From Saccostrea echinata (Eukaryota), in contig NW_026889754.1 in NCBI RefSeq assembly GCF_033153115.1, positions 4,960,001 to 5,024,000 on the forward strand: a DNA stretch of 64,000 bases, read 5' to 3'. Positions 46,961 through 58,373 of the stretch are shown here, in pieces. The first letter of the stretch is position 1; every line of letters begins with the position of its first letter. A program made the position numbers and the translations under genes. The notes beneath the pieces were generated by a model. That model was not told the origin of the DNA and searched no databases. It saw nothing but the letters and a program-made list of their open reading frames with translations.

Positions 46961-48630
46961 CCAAGTGAAAATTTTCTCAAACAAATCGCTAACAAATTGC
47001 CCAGAAATCACTTAAAAGTCATTTGTTTCAGTGATTTGTAAGCAATTCATTTAACAAATCATGAATGAATCATTTTCTACCAAAATGATGACTATGATTT
47101 GTTTACAATTTGTTACAAAAGAGTGATTTGTTTGTGATTTCTTTCACATTTCATACAATTTCTTAGTGAATTGTTAAACTTTGGAAATTGCTACAGTGAT
47201 TTCTTCATGATCTGTTGAACTTAGACTTTCTTCAAGGTGATTTGAAGATGATTTCTTGAACTTAGTCTTTCTTCAGAGTGATTTGAAGATGATTTGTTAA
47301 CGTTCTCTTTCTTCTGGATAATTTGTAAATGATTTGTTGAACTCATGGTCCTTCTTCAGAGTGATTTGATAATGATTTACTTCATTACTTCCGCTGCGCT
47401 TGCTGATTGGTCAGTTAAGAAACTCTACGGCCAATTTTCATTCATCAGATTTGAATTGAAATGATAGGAGCTAGATTGTGCCGTTATAGATTCATACCTC
47501 TCTTCTTTTGTTGAAACTGATGTTTATGCCATAACCATGCAGCATATAGTTTTTTAAGGTATGTATTATTGTATTATGCTATCATTTCCTCCTTAGAAAT
47601 GACAATATACTTCAGTTTATTACCATAATTACATGTTCTACCAACAACAAAGTCGCCGCCAATTAATGTTTAAAATAAAATCTATATAAAGCTATAAGCT
47701 TCAGCAAAGTGACTTCTTCACAGTGTCTATAGATATTTATTTCAGAAAAAAAACCATTTACCAACTTCTAAAACAACATCTTCCAAATTTGGAACCAACT
47801 ATATCTGAAGTACACAATGCCAATTGCACCTATATAATCTTCCGAATTTGAAACCAACTATATCTGAAGTACATGATGTCATCTCAATGAGGATACATCC
47901 CACTAAATGTGTATATTTTAATGCACAGAATGAAAATGCTGTTGCCAAAAGTTTATTGTTAATTATAACAAATATGCATGTGTTTCAAGCGAATATTTGA
48001 GGGATGGTTGAGCATCATGCATACAAGTGTGTATCCACCTGGAGTGATTTGCTAAACTGAAGTGATTTGTACACAATTTATTTGAAATGATTTGTTTGCA
48101 ATTTATTCAAAGTGATTTGTTAAACAGAAGTGATTTGTAAACAATTTATTCAGAGTGATTTGGTTGTGATTTGTTTGCATTATATGCATCTACATTTCAG
48201 ATAAAAAAAAAAAAAAGGTGAGGCCAAAATAAAAAATACCTTTGTTTCCCCTAACGCGACCGACCCAATTCAATCCGGCCGACTGAAAAGTTTTTTTTAG
48301 AAAGATTATTCAATTTTTTTTAAGTTGATCAACATTTATAAAATACAATTTCATCAAAACCCGTTCTTATCAGAAAATCAGAATGTATTTTCAAAGCTGC
48401 TGTCAGGAAAAAAAAATTATTTACCTACCTACCTACCCAACTTCAGAATTTAAAGTCGGGTTAGGGGAAACAAAGATATTTTTAATGATGGCCTGATTTG
48501 CTTACAATTTGTTCAGAGTGATTTGTTAGCTCATTTGCATGGGAATTTGCATCACTTACAAATCATCTTCAAATCACTGATTCATTAGTGATTTCTTATA
48601 GTGATTTGTTTGAGGATTTTTTTCACTTGG
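46961..48630. mobile_element. Non-autonomous CACTA/EnSpm-like element with GTGATTTG subterminal repeats and a 3-bp TSD (GTT)
   Basis: GTT|CCAAGTGAAAA..CTCAAACAAATC ... GATTTGTTTGAG..TTTTCACTTGG|GTT. Confidence 0.75.
48222..48493. mobile_element. Harbinger-like MITE with a 3-bp TSD (TGA)
   Basis: TGA|GGCCAAAATAAAAAATACCTTTGTTTCCCCTAAC ... GTTAGGGGAAACAAAGATATTTTTAATGATGGCC|TGA. Confidence 0.75.
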
Positions 48631-48647
48631 GTTAATGTTATAACTAA

Positions 48648-48683
48648 TTAGGTAACCTGAGTCAGTCATGACCTATTGCTATC

Positions 48684-48724
<41 letters not shown>

Positions 48725-48833
48725 GCTGATCACATTTTGTCTGTAGTCTGTCTGTTCATCTGTCTGTAAACTTTCACATTTTCGACTTCTTCTCCAGAAC
48801 CACTGGCCTATTTCAACCAAACTTGCCACAAAC

Positions 48834-48864
<31 letters not shown>

Positions 48865-49520
48865 TAAATAAAGGGCCACACCCTCAATAAAAGGGAGATA
48901 ATTAAGAAATAGTGAAAATTTAGTGGGATGTTTTAAAAATCTTCTCAAGAACCACTGGGCCAAAAAAGTTGAAACTTATAGGAAACCTTGTATGTCAAAG
49001 TGTAAATTCAAATTTGCTTAAATCATGAGCCCCGGGGGTAGGTTGGGGCCACAATGGGGGATCAAAGTTTTACATAGGAATATATAAGAAAAAAATCTTA
49101 AAAAATCTTCTTCTCAAGAACAGCAAAGCCCTGTTTAGTTATATTGATATTTGATAAGGAAGCATCATCAAGTAGTGTAGATTCAAGTTTGTTCAAATCA
49201 TGAACCCTGGGGTAGGGAGAGGCCACAATTGGGGATCAAGTTTATACAAAGGCATATGTAGGGAAAAATCTTTAAAAAATTTCTGCTCAAGAAAAACAAA
49301 ACCATATGTTATATTAATATTTCTTATGGCCTGAGGGTGTGTCATCACCTTGACCCAAGGTCATTTGGGCAAGTTCAAGGTCACTGACAGAAAAAAAATC
49401 ATAATTCGTGTTCGGTCCGTATCTTTCCTATGGAGAATAATTTTGGATGTTGGGAGTATCCACTTCACACAAAGACCGTTTATGACCTGAGGGTGTGTCA
49501 TGATCCTGATCTCTAGTCAC
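48648..49520 (+). mobile_element. Helentron-like satellite-bearing element(s)
   Basis: TTTTAGCTCACCTGAGCTGAAAGCTCAAGTGAGCT hairpin, (GTCT)n, satellite-like units. Confidence 0.7.
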
Positions 49521-51916
49521 GTACTGTAGAAAAAATGGATAAATAATGCATCCATACTTTCCAACAGAGAAAAACTTGAAAAATTGTTATTAATTTTTCA
49601 ATGTAATAAAAAACAATATTATTATTAGTATTGCTGTTTTACTAGGCTATGCCAAAGTTTCATTCATTAAAAAAATATAATGAGCAATTACAAGTAATTT
49701 GTCTCTCTAAATGTATAAACAATTTTTGAACACCTTTTAGATCCTAAAATACTAGTATTAGTGACTTGGCATCTTCTCTGAAAAACCCAGTGGGGGAGGG
49801 GGTATTTGTCCATATTGGACAGTTCTAGTTTAGTTCTAAAGGGAATCAGCCAGGAGTTATCTGTAGAAAATAATAATGTTCTGAAAAAAACTATGTGTTT
49901 TCCCATATGCAAATTCATTTAATATTTTCTTTTTCTTTACAGATGAAAGAGAATTGCAGAAGAATGAATTGATGTTAAATTAACATCTCAACATTAAATT
50001 TGGCTTAAATTTGAATATGTCTTTTGTTGTGATTGCCTAAAGAGCAATTATGATCAGGAAATTTGAGGTGAAGGATATCAGATATGTACCTTCAAAATGT
50101 GGATCATTCAATAGATGAAAAGAAAATAAGCCCCTGAAGAAAATTATGTCAAATGCATGAAATGAATATTTTAATTGCACATTATTTTTGTTTCACGTAT
50201 GTTTACAATACATATGTGAAAAAGAATGTTCGGTGGTCAAAACATATGTTTAACCATGGTTTGGCACATGTATGGTACTTATACATTTATCATTTGAGCA
50301 GTGCATTTAACAAACATGTTAAACGCATGTTCCTGAAAACATAAGTTACACACACGCTGCACGTACGTTATTCATACGTGAACCACATGAATAACGTACG
50401 TGTGCAACATTTGTGTAACGTATGGTAGTAAATACGTATGTTTAACGTACGTGTCTCGCATGATATTCATACGTGTGAAAACATACGTTTAACATACGTG
50501 GTGCTTTTTTCATGTGATACGTACGTGAAGTCACGTATGTATCACATACGTTTAACGTACGTGGCACATTTTGCTGTGTATGTGTTGCAATATCCCATAA
50601 ACCAGTTGATCACTTGACTGTTTATTATCTTTTTTAAAGTGTTGCCCGGTGCGCTCCGGGTTCGCTCGGGGTCAGCCTTAGCGGACTTCAATCGGACCCA
50701 GAGAGGGAACCCCGGGTAAGAAAAACCTGGAACTCCTTTTACATAATTTTGATTTTACTGCATTTGGGAATTTTTAAGTTTTTTTTCCTGTTGTTTTTCC
50801 ATTTTTTTTGGGGGGGGGGGTGTTATTTTGATTTCTTAACATTAGCATAATTTTTGTTGTGGAATCAGCTGGATTACTCCAGAATTCTTATGATATGACA
50901 GTGTAAATTCAAATTCTGAAGACTCTACATATGTTGTACTCTACAATGGAAGGAAGACAAACTAGGATTAACTACACAGAAATACACCAAATAGCCACAT
51001 ATTTGTGAATACTGTCATCCTACACTGTATATTGTAAGTATTAAATAGCTAAGTTGAAAGCAGGTTAACTAAACAAATAGCTGAAAAACATGAAACTTTT
51101 TTTCTGAAACAGGATATTTGAAGTATTATGAAATGAAAGTATGTCCTATAAGAGCTGAAAAGTAAATGTTTATTCTTATTATTCCTGTTGATATTAAATG
51201 TTGTTTTAGACCAGGTCTGAAACCTCCCTGTATTTTTTCGTGAAGTAATCAGAAAAAAAAAAAAATGTTGGATTTTGTTTAATTTCTGTATTTTCATTTT
51301 GCATTTTGACTGTATTACATTAACAGTGTTGGGGTTCTGTTCACCATTCCTACCTTTGTAGCTCATTAAATCATATTTCATGCAAGTTGTATTATGACTT
51401 TACTTGCTCTAATATGGTTGACTGAGTTTTGGCATAAACTTCTTTAATAAGAAATCATTTGGAGTTAGAAATATACCAAGAAAAAAGGAAAACTGTAAAT
51501 TAGTCTATTTTATTTAGTCTACAGGTGATTTGCATCAGGTCTATAAAATTAATTAAATTTGTTCTACATTATATAACTCTTATCTTTTAATGAATAATTC
51601 CTGGTAATAATTTAAAATTTAATGACAATTGCTTCAAAGTTTTCTTTAAAGAAATATTCAAATTATAACTTTTTATACAGTTAAGGTGGTTCTGAGTATT
51701 CTTGATTTAACTGTTTGAAAAAAAAGAATTATACAGGTGTACATGCAGTTGAACTTCAGTATCTGGAACACTGATATCTCTAAAACTATGGATATGTCTA
51801 AAGAATTTTAAGTCCAAATCATTTATTCTTTAAGTATTTTACCCTAAATATCTAGAATCATTGGTTATCTCAAAGCTTTTTCTTGGTCCCATTGAGTTCA
51901 AGATAACGATGTTTGA

Positions 51917-51919
<3 letters not shown>

Positions 51920-51983
<64 letters not shown>
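51920..51983. repeat. (TA)n microsatellite
   Basis: Direct reading. Confidence 0.95.
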
Positions 51984-51986
<3 letters not shown>

Positions 51987-52162
51987 TAAAATAAAATCCA
52001 AGATAAACAAACAAGTTCACATTTAATTATTACACTAAGCGCTTTCGCTTATATTGTTTTTATAAACTTTGTTACACTCTGAAGAGCCTCACGGCGAAAG
52101 CGCTTAGTGTAATAATTAAATGTGAACTTGTTTGTTTATCTTGGATTTTATTTTAATTTATA
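51980..52162. repeat. Perfect 69-bp inverted repeat (Penelope-like pLTR inversion)
   Basis: 51980-52048 is the exact reverse complement of 52094-52162. Confidence 0.9.
52069..52115 (+). ncRNA. Minimal type I hammerhead ribozyme
   Basis: Stem I TTGTTACACT/AGTGTAATAA, core CTGAAGA, stem II GCC-tcac-GGC, GAAA, palindromic stem III A-GCGC-T; predicted cleavage after CUU at 52105. Confidence 0.8.
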
Positions 52163-52177
52163 ACCTACCTATACCGT

Positions 52178-52374
52178 NNNNNNNNNNNNNNNNNNNNNNN
52201 NNNNNNNNNNNNNNNNNNNNNNNNNNNNNNNNNNNNNNNNNNNNNNNNNNNNNNNNNNNNNNNNNNNNNNNNNNNNNNNNNNNNNNNNNNNNNNNNNNNN
52301 NNNNNNNNNNNNNNNNNNNNNNNNNNNNNNNNNNNNNNNNNNNNNNNNNNNNNNNNNNNNNNNNNNNNNNNNNN
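52178..52374. other. Assembly gap (N run)
   Basis: Direct reading. Confidence 1.
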
Positions 52375-52429
52375 CAACTCTGAAACTAACATAATTGCCC
52401 TAAGTGAAGAAATATTAATAAAGAAAGCA

Positions 52430-52665
52430 TTTTCCCTTTTTTACCGGTCATGACGGAAAGCGCACGGCGGGTGTGACGGGTCGGCAGGGGATGCTCACTC
52501 CTCCATGGCACCTGATCCCACCTCTGTTTTTGGAGGTCCATGTTTGCCTTGCTCCCGATTTGTATTGTTTTAATGGACTCTGAGCCTGAATACTGTTCGT
52601 TCCCGATTTGTGTTGTTTTAATTGACTTTGAGCTTGAATATTGTTCGTTATTTCCATATTTCATT
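52430..52665 (+). mobile_element. 3' UTR fragment of the Penelope/Naiad-like element
   Basis: CACGGCGGGTGTGAC.GGTCGGCAGGGGATGCTCACTCCTCCATGGCACCTGATCCCACCTCTG. Confidence 0.8.
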
Positions 52666-53029
52666 GTATAGGTTTTCGTTTATGCGCTCCAGCTCAGCAT
52701 GAGCAGTTGGAAATTGTGACTTTTCTGGGAATTGACAAAATGATGTATTTAGAACCGAGTCCCAATAAAAAGAGGTCATAATAACGTCTTGTTTTGCTTT
52801 ATTTACTGTACTGAAAACCGCCATTTCTGTTTTAATGTCTTAAAATTTAATGTCTTCATTTTCTTTCTTAAATTCTAATTTCATTAATATTACACATATT
52901 GTTTCCCCACTGTTACAATCTTAAAAATAAAATAGAAATAGTTATTGATTTCAGAAAATTCTTTTATGCAACTTTTTTTTTTTTTTTTACAGTTTGCTCC
53001 CTCTCTTTGCTTGCTTCCCTGGCCGATGC

Positions 53030-53172
53030 CCGGGTATATGGACGTTGCACCTCGGTCTCTTCAATTGGACAAAATTCGCAGCTCTCCACCGGCAAGTGGT
53101 GGCGTCTCCGTATGTGTGAAAAATTCTCGAGAGGAACGTTAAACAACATACAATCAATCAATCAATCAATCA
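53030..53172 (+). mobile_element. SINE 3' fragment
   Basis: CACCGGCA..GGTGGCGTCTCCGTATG.GTGAAAAATTCTCGAG.GG.ACGTTAAACAACATA(CAAT)n. Confidence 0.7.
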
Positions 53173-53969
53173 AATACAATAAGAAAACAGGCAGAAATTG
53201 TGTTTGATATTGTCTAAGCAATAAGCATTCTTTGGCTGAGACATAATTAAGGCAATGGCCAGTTCAAAATAAACGCACAGCAGGAATGCAAATTAACACA
53301 TTTTCCTTGTTTACTACACCGCGTTACGTTATCAGAACCTTCATCATATTGATATATCTTAGTTTAACAAGTAGTTGAAACTTTCTGCTTACATAAGCAT
53401 GCTAAATATTACCGTCAGTTTCAAATCGCTTGGGTTTAAAACCGAATTATGCCTCTGGTTTAATGATGTCGTGTAGGCTATGTAATTTTCCCAATGCAGA
53501 TCAGGGACACACGCCCAGTATATACATATACTATGTTTATTTTGTACGTAAAATTAATGATAATAATGATACTTCATTTAAATAAGGTAGCCTGATTAAT
53601 GCAGTGCACTATTCTTTCTCAGTGCCTTCTAATTACACAAATACGTATGTATGTTTCAGGAAGGATTAAGTTTTTTAAAACAAACCTGATAAACACCGAT
53701 ATGTTCTTTTTCCTGTTTTTGTCACTAATTTGTTTTTAAACATGTTTTACAAAATAATCCCAAAATTTTACAGCACTATTAAACTTCAAAAGCTGTAAGC
53801 TATTCATAATTGAAAATCGTAACAAACCAAAAAAAAAAAAAATTAAATAAAAAAGAAACACATGGGTAGCAAAAAATTAGAAATCTGGCTTTTTTTTTAT
53901 CTAAATTTGAAGTAAATCTGGATTCTTTAAGTATTTGACGAATTAGAAAATTTTACTGTAGATACTGAT

Positions 53970-56857
53970 CATGGACCCTGACAAAAACAAAATAAAAGAC
54001 GCCTTTACAACAAGAAATGGATGTCTGATAAGCGTCGAAAAATACTATTACAGAATAAGAAGGAAAGGTCCGAATTAGAAACAGATTCCGAATCAGTTCA
54101 ATGCTCTTATGTTAACCAAGATGGAAACTCTTCTGAAGATGTGCATGATGCACACAGCGTACCTGGGTTTCTAAACTTTCAGACCGATTGTGGTAATGAA
54201 CAATCTGAAGATAACAGCATTGACCATGTTGACAGATTAGATTTAAATTTGCAGCATATGTCCTACTGACGAGGAATCAGATAACAGTGATGGACAAAGT
54301 GAAGTGATAAACACACTCAGAGAATGGGTAAATTTGAACGATGTTAACGCAAGTACAGTTGATGATCTGCTAAAAAGATTAAGAAAAACTGTAAATCCAA
54401 ACCTTCCAGCTTCTTCGCGCACGCTTCTTAATACACCAAGGCACATTGATCTACGGAGAGTTTCAGACATGGATTATTTTCACTTTGGACTTGAAATAAT
54501 GATTTTTAATACATTAAAGAAATACTCTCAAACGGACATTGAGGCGCTTAATAATAAATTAATCCTATTTCTGAACATCGATGAACTTCCTTTGTTCAAA
54601 AGCAGCAAAACAACAGTATGGCCTACACTAGGACTCATTTGCAATTCAAAACATCCAAAAGCATTCCCTATAACATTGACTGTTGGCACTTCAAAACCAT
54701 CGAACCTCGAATTCTTTAATGAAAATATTATTGACCTAAATAATTTAATAACCAATGGAATAAACATCAATGAAGAGCATTTTGAAATCAAAGTCCTGTG
54801 CATAATTTGTGATGTGCCAGCAAAATCATTTGTCAAGTGTGTCAAACAATATTATGCGCAGGTAGGTTAAGGCTTCCCGTAGAATATGACAGTGCACTCT
54901 GTGCCTTCACATCTCTGAACTACCAAAATATGACGTCATAATGGAAAATGACGTCAGGTCACTGCAAACTTGAGGTGTTATGACGGGGAGAGTGTCAAGA
55001 ACTTTATTTCAAACTGCATGTAAAATGCTAGATAGCTATTGCAAAATTCACGGGTCGTTAAAGGTTTTTTTTAAGTCTTATATGTCCGAATATTTTAAAA
55101 ATACACCGCTTACCTACCCTTGATTGAAATTCATCATGTTCAAAATGCTTATGAAAAATATACTTTTGAAATGTACTCTGTTTTATACCCGTTTGTTGGA
55201 GGTAGAATTTATTTTGTGTGTATAAAAGAGTCTGGCGCAGGTGATTAATGAGGATTAATCTGAGAATTTTTGTGGAAATCTGTAAGAAGAGGTTGTTCTC
55301 TAACTGAATCTTGCTTGGAAAAACTGTGTGTTGGCTTTGTTTTAATACAGATTACGATATTGTGTGGAAAATACCCTCAAATTTGTAGGTAAGTTGAATT
55401 TCTCAGGAAATATTTTGTACCCAAGTAATACTATGACTTTTCCCAAGCACATTTCGGATACACAAGGATACGATGAGTTTATTTATATAACAAAATGTTA
55501 ATAATTGTTGTGTTAATCAGCTGCGCCGAAGCGATTTATTTGAAACACTTCAAAAAATTATAAATGACCGTCACATGATCAACAAAGTCATGTGATATCA
55601 TAACAAATATGCTAATATATAGCCGGGGAAACCCTTATATAAATTGGAAGTACTAAAGTTCAATACTTAAGTCTTATAAATTAAAACCAAAACCGACCTC
55701 GCAATGGCATATTATGTTTTGAGCGCATTTTAAAGCTTCCGGAAGCCTTAACATAGCTGCGTGGGTATTATAAATGTGACAAATGTGAGCAACGTGGGCA
55801 ATATATAGGAAGGGTGATCTACCCAGTCATAGATAATCTTGTTTATTGAACAAATACATCGTACACAAGAAGAGCATCATAAACAAGATGCCTGACCTTC
55901 ATTTCTTGACCTTCCAATAGATATGGTACAAGACTTTCCTGTGGATTACATGCATCAGGCGTGCCTTGGTGTAATGAAAAAGCTTCTGTTACTTGGATGC
56001 GGGGTCCGAGAGCGAATAATCGACTGTCCATTGGTCAGATTTCTCAGATAAGTACTAAACTTGTGTCTTTTGCACATTATATACCTAAAGAATTTGCAAG
56101 AAATCCAAGAAGTCTTGAGGAAGTTGATAGATGGAAAGCTACCGAATTTCGCCAGTTCCTTCTATATACAGGACAATTTGCTTTAAAAGGCGTGTTGTCA
56201 CAAAACTTGTACATACATTTTATGTGTCTTTGCGTGGCAATAACTATCCTTTTGAATGAATACCTTGTTTCGCATTATTCAAATTATGCACACCTCTTAC
56301 TGTTTTACTTTGTACGGAGTTGTCGCAGGTTGTATGGAGAGAAGTTTTATGTCTATAATATACACAGTCTCTTGCATTTACAAACAGAGGCAGACGCATT
56401 TGGCTCATTAGAAAACTGTGCAGCATGGCCTTTCGAAAATTATATGCAGCAGTTGAAGCGTAAAGTTCGAAAAGGGAACAATCCAGCAGCTCAATTAGTT
56501 AAAAGGATATTTGAGTCTATGGAAACCGATGTCATCCCGGAACATGCGAAAGTTAGAAAAATAATGCATAAAAGACCAAACAATGTTTACAGAACTGATA
56601 GGAAGAAATGCTGTGAGGTAATCCGGCCTCTAAACAGGGACAGACAGGCTTTTCTCTGCAGAGTCTACTATTCGTCAGAATGTTCCTTCACTTATTCATG
56701 TGACTCTTGCATCATTGGTCATGCACAATTCTCTCACCAAAGTTACACTATAAAAACAATTGAAGCTGGTAAACTAACAACAAGGTGTCTGAAAATACCT
56801 TCTCACCATGACAACAAATTTGTTTTTATTCCACTACAACACAACATCCAAATGTAA
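53970..56857 (+). pseudogene. EnSpm/CACTA-like (animal CMC) transposase with stops, frameshifts and a 907-bp insertion
   Basis: LP..SRTLL.TP, LNIDELPLFKSS...WP.LG, CDVPAKSFVK..KQY/GYYKCDKC, FPVDYMH..CLGV, P.EFARNPRSL.EVDRWKATEFRQFLLYTG, YNIHSLLHL, AWPFENYM. Confidence 0.85.
54856..55762. mobile_element. 907-bp insertion with RCGCAGSTAKGTTAAGGCTTCC termini and no TSD
   Basis: GCGCAGGTAGGTTAAGGCTTCC ... GGAAGCCTTAACATAGCTGCGT; its removal restores the in-frame KQYY-GYYKCDKC. Confidence 0.8.
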
Positions 56858-57279
56858 CATTTATCACCAGTCAAACAAGAGCTTTCCTGCATGTTTAAAC
56901 ATGGTATGTGTTTAGAAATGTAATACTGAAATTAATACAAATTAATCAAAACTTTAGGACTACTGCTTAGTTTAAAATATTTAAATTAAAATATGGATAA
57001 AGTAAAAATAAATGCTGCCGTGTTATATCTGCATGAATGAACTTTAACAGTTACTCAAAATCATTTTTACTAAAAGCAAGTGTAATACAACATCTATAAA
57101 CAATTTAACACATGCCGTACTTATAACTTACAGGACGTGAATTCATTATTGATAATTCTTACAATTTGCTAAAATAATCCAAGATTACCATGATTACTGC
57201 ATATGATTATCTACTCTAACACTTTCAGAAATATTTATTTAGAATATATTTTTCATACTTTAGGCTCTCTTAACTGAAT

Positions 57280-57349
57280 CATGTATGCAGTTGTACATTT
57301 TGTGGATGATGAAAGCGTAGAATGTGTCCCAAAATCATGGCTGCAAGGG
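57280..57349 (+). pseudogene. First exon of the EnSpm accessory ORF (DUF4806-type N-terminus)
   Basis: MYAVVHFVDDESVECVPKSWLQG followed by a GT donor, downstream of the transposase. Confidence 0.55.
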
Positions 57350-58296
57350 GTAAATATAAACAGTGAACTCTTTGAAAGCATGAATATTTACCTAGTTACT
57401 GTAACATGATTAAAAAATCAAAAGCTACATGTACTTTATTTTCCATGATCAGAATATGTCTCGAATTATAAGTAACTGGAAATAATTACTCGATAATCAG
57501 TTACAACTGAACATAATCTGCATATACCTTACCAATTTTTTATTTACTTACACTTTCATTCTATCATCCAATCAAAATTTTAGATAATTTTACTTTTAAT
57601 GCATTTTGAAGATATCCAACACTGTATCTGTATCAATGTCAAACGTATTTAAAAAAAAAGATTCCGAATCATAAAAAAATCCTTTATCACCTGACCACTG
57701 TCCATAGTTCCTGCTAAGCCAAAAGACTGCCATTGAATGAATGAGTGAAGCAAAAGAGTTCACTGACTGATTTTACTGTCTAACGAGAGAACAAGTTTGG
57801 CTTTCCAGAAAGCCTGAAAAGTCATCTCTTTGGCTTCATTAATGTCACAGAATAATATTATTTTCTCAGCTATTACAGGCAGTAGTATTGCTTTTGAAAA
57901 AATCGGCAGAGGGGGAGTGGAGGACAAAAAAAAAAATCGACGACTTTTCTGAACAATCTTTGACAAGGGGAAAAAGGGGCTATCCAAACTCAACATTTTC
58001 ATTTCTTGGAAGGAGGGATTACAACTTTTCCGACAAACATATTTTATATTATACTACATTCTCATGGGATGATTTGACGTACCATACTGCAACAAAAGGT
58101 GGAAGAGGGGCAAGGGTGCGCCTTTTCAATGTTTGGTGAAAAAAGTGGAAGGGGACGGCCCTCCTGGTGCTATGTGCCTGTATTATTTTACCTGTTGTAA
58201 ATATGCTTTATTCAGTTTAAATATATTTTGTACAATATCTGTAAAAAATTCTAACCACTGAGATATTCGTAAGAATTATTTAAAGTCATATATTGT

Positions 58297-58301
<5 letters not shown>

Positions 58302-58371
<70 letters not shown>
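58302..58371. repeat. (TA)n microsatellite
   Basis: Direct reading. Confidence 0.95.

Positions 58372-58373
<2 letters not shown>

Larger units (their letters stand above)
43281..50579. mobile_element. Large non-autonomous TIR element (EnSpm/CACTA-like) with ACGT-rich subterminal arrays and several nested insertions
   Basis: ACACAGC....TGTGCCACGTACGT..AACGTATG at both ends in inverted orientation; 400-500 bp of CACGTA/ACGTATG repeats inside each end. Confidence 0.72.

Noticed and set aside
2980-50930. Other CTGATGA/CTGAAGA words (e.g. ~2984, 12212, 39686, 40803, 41388, 50916) as hammerheads
   Set aside because: No stem II plus GAAA and no flanking stem I could be formed
52132-52392. ORFs spanning X residues
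   Set aside because: Artefacts of the N gap
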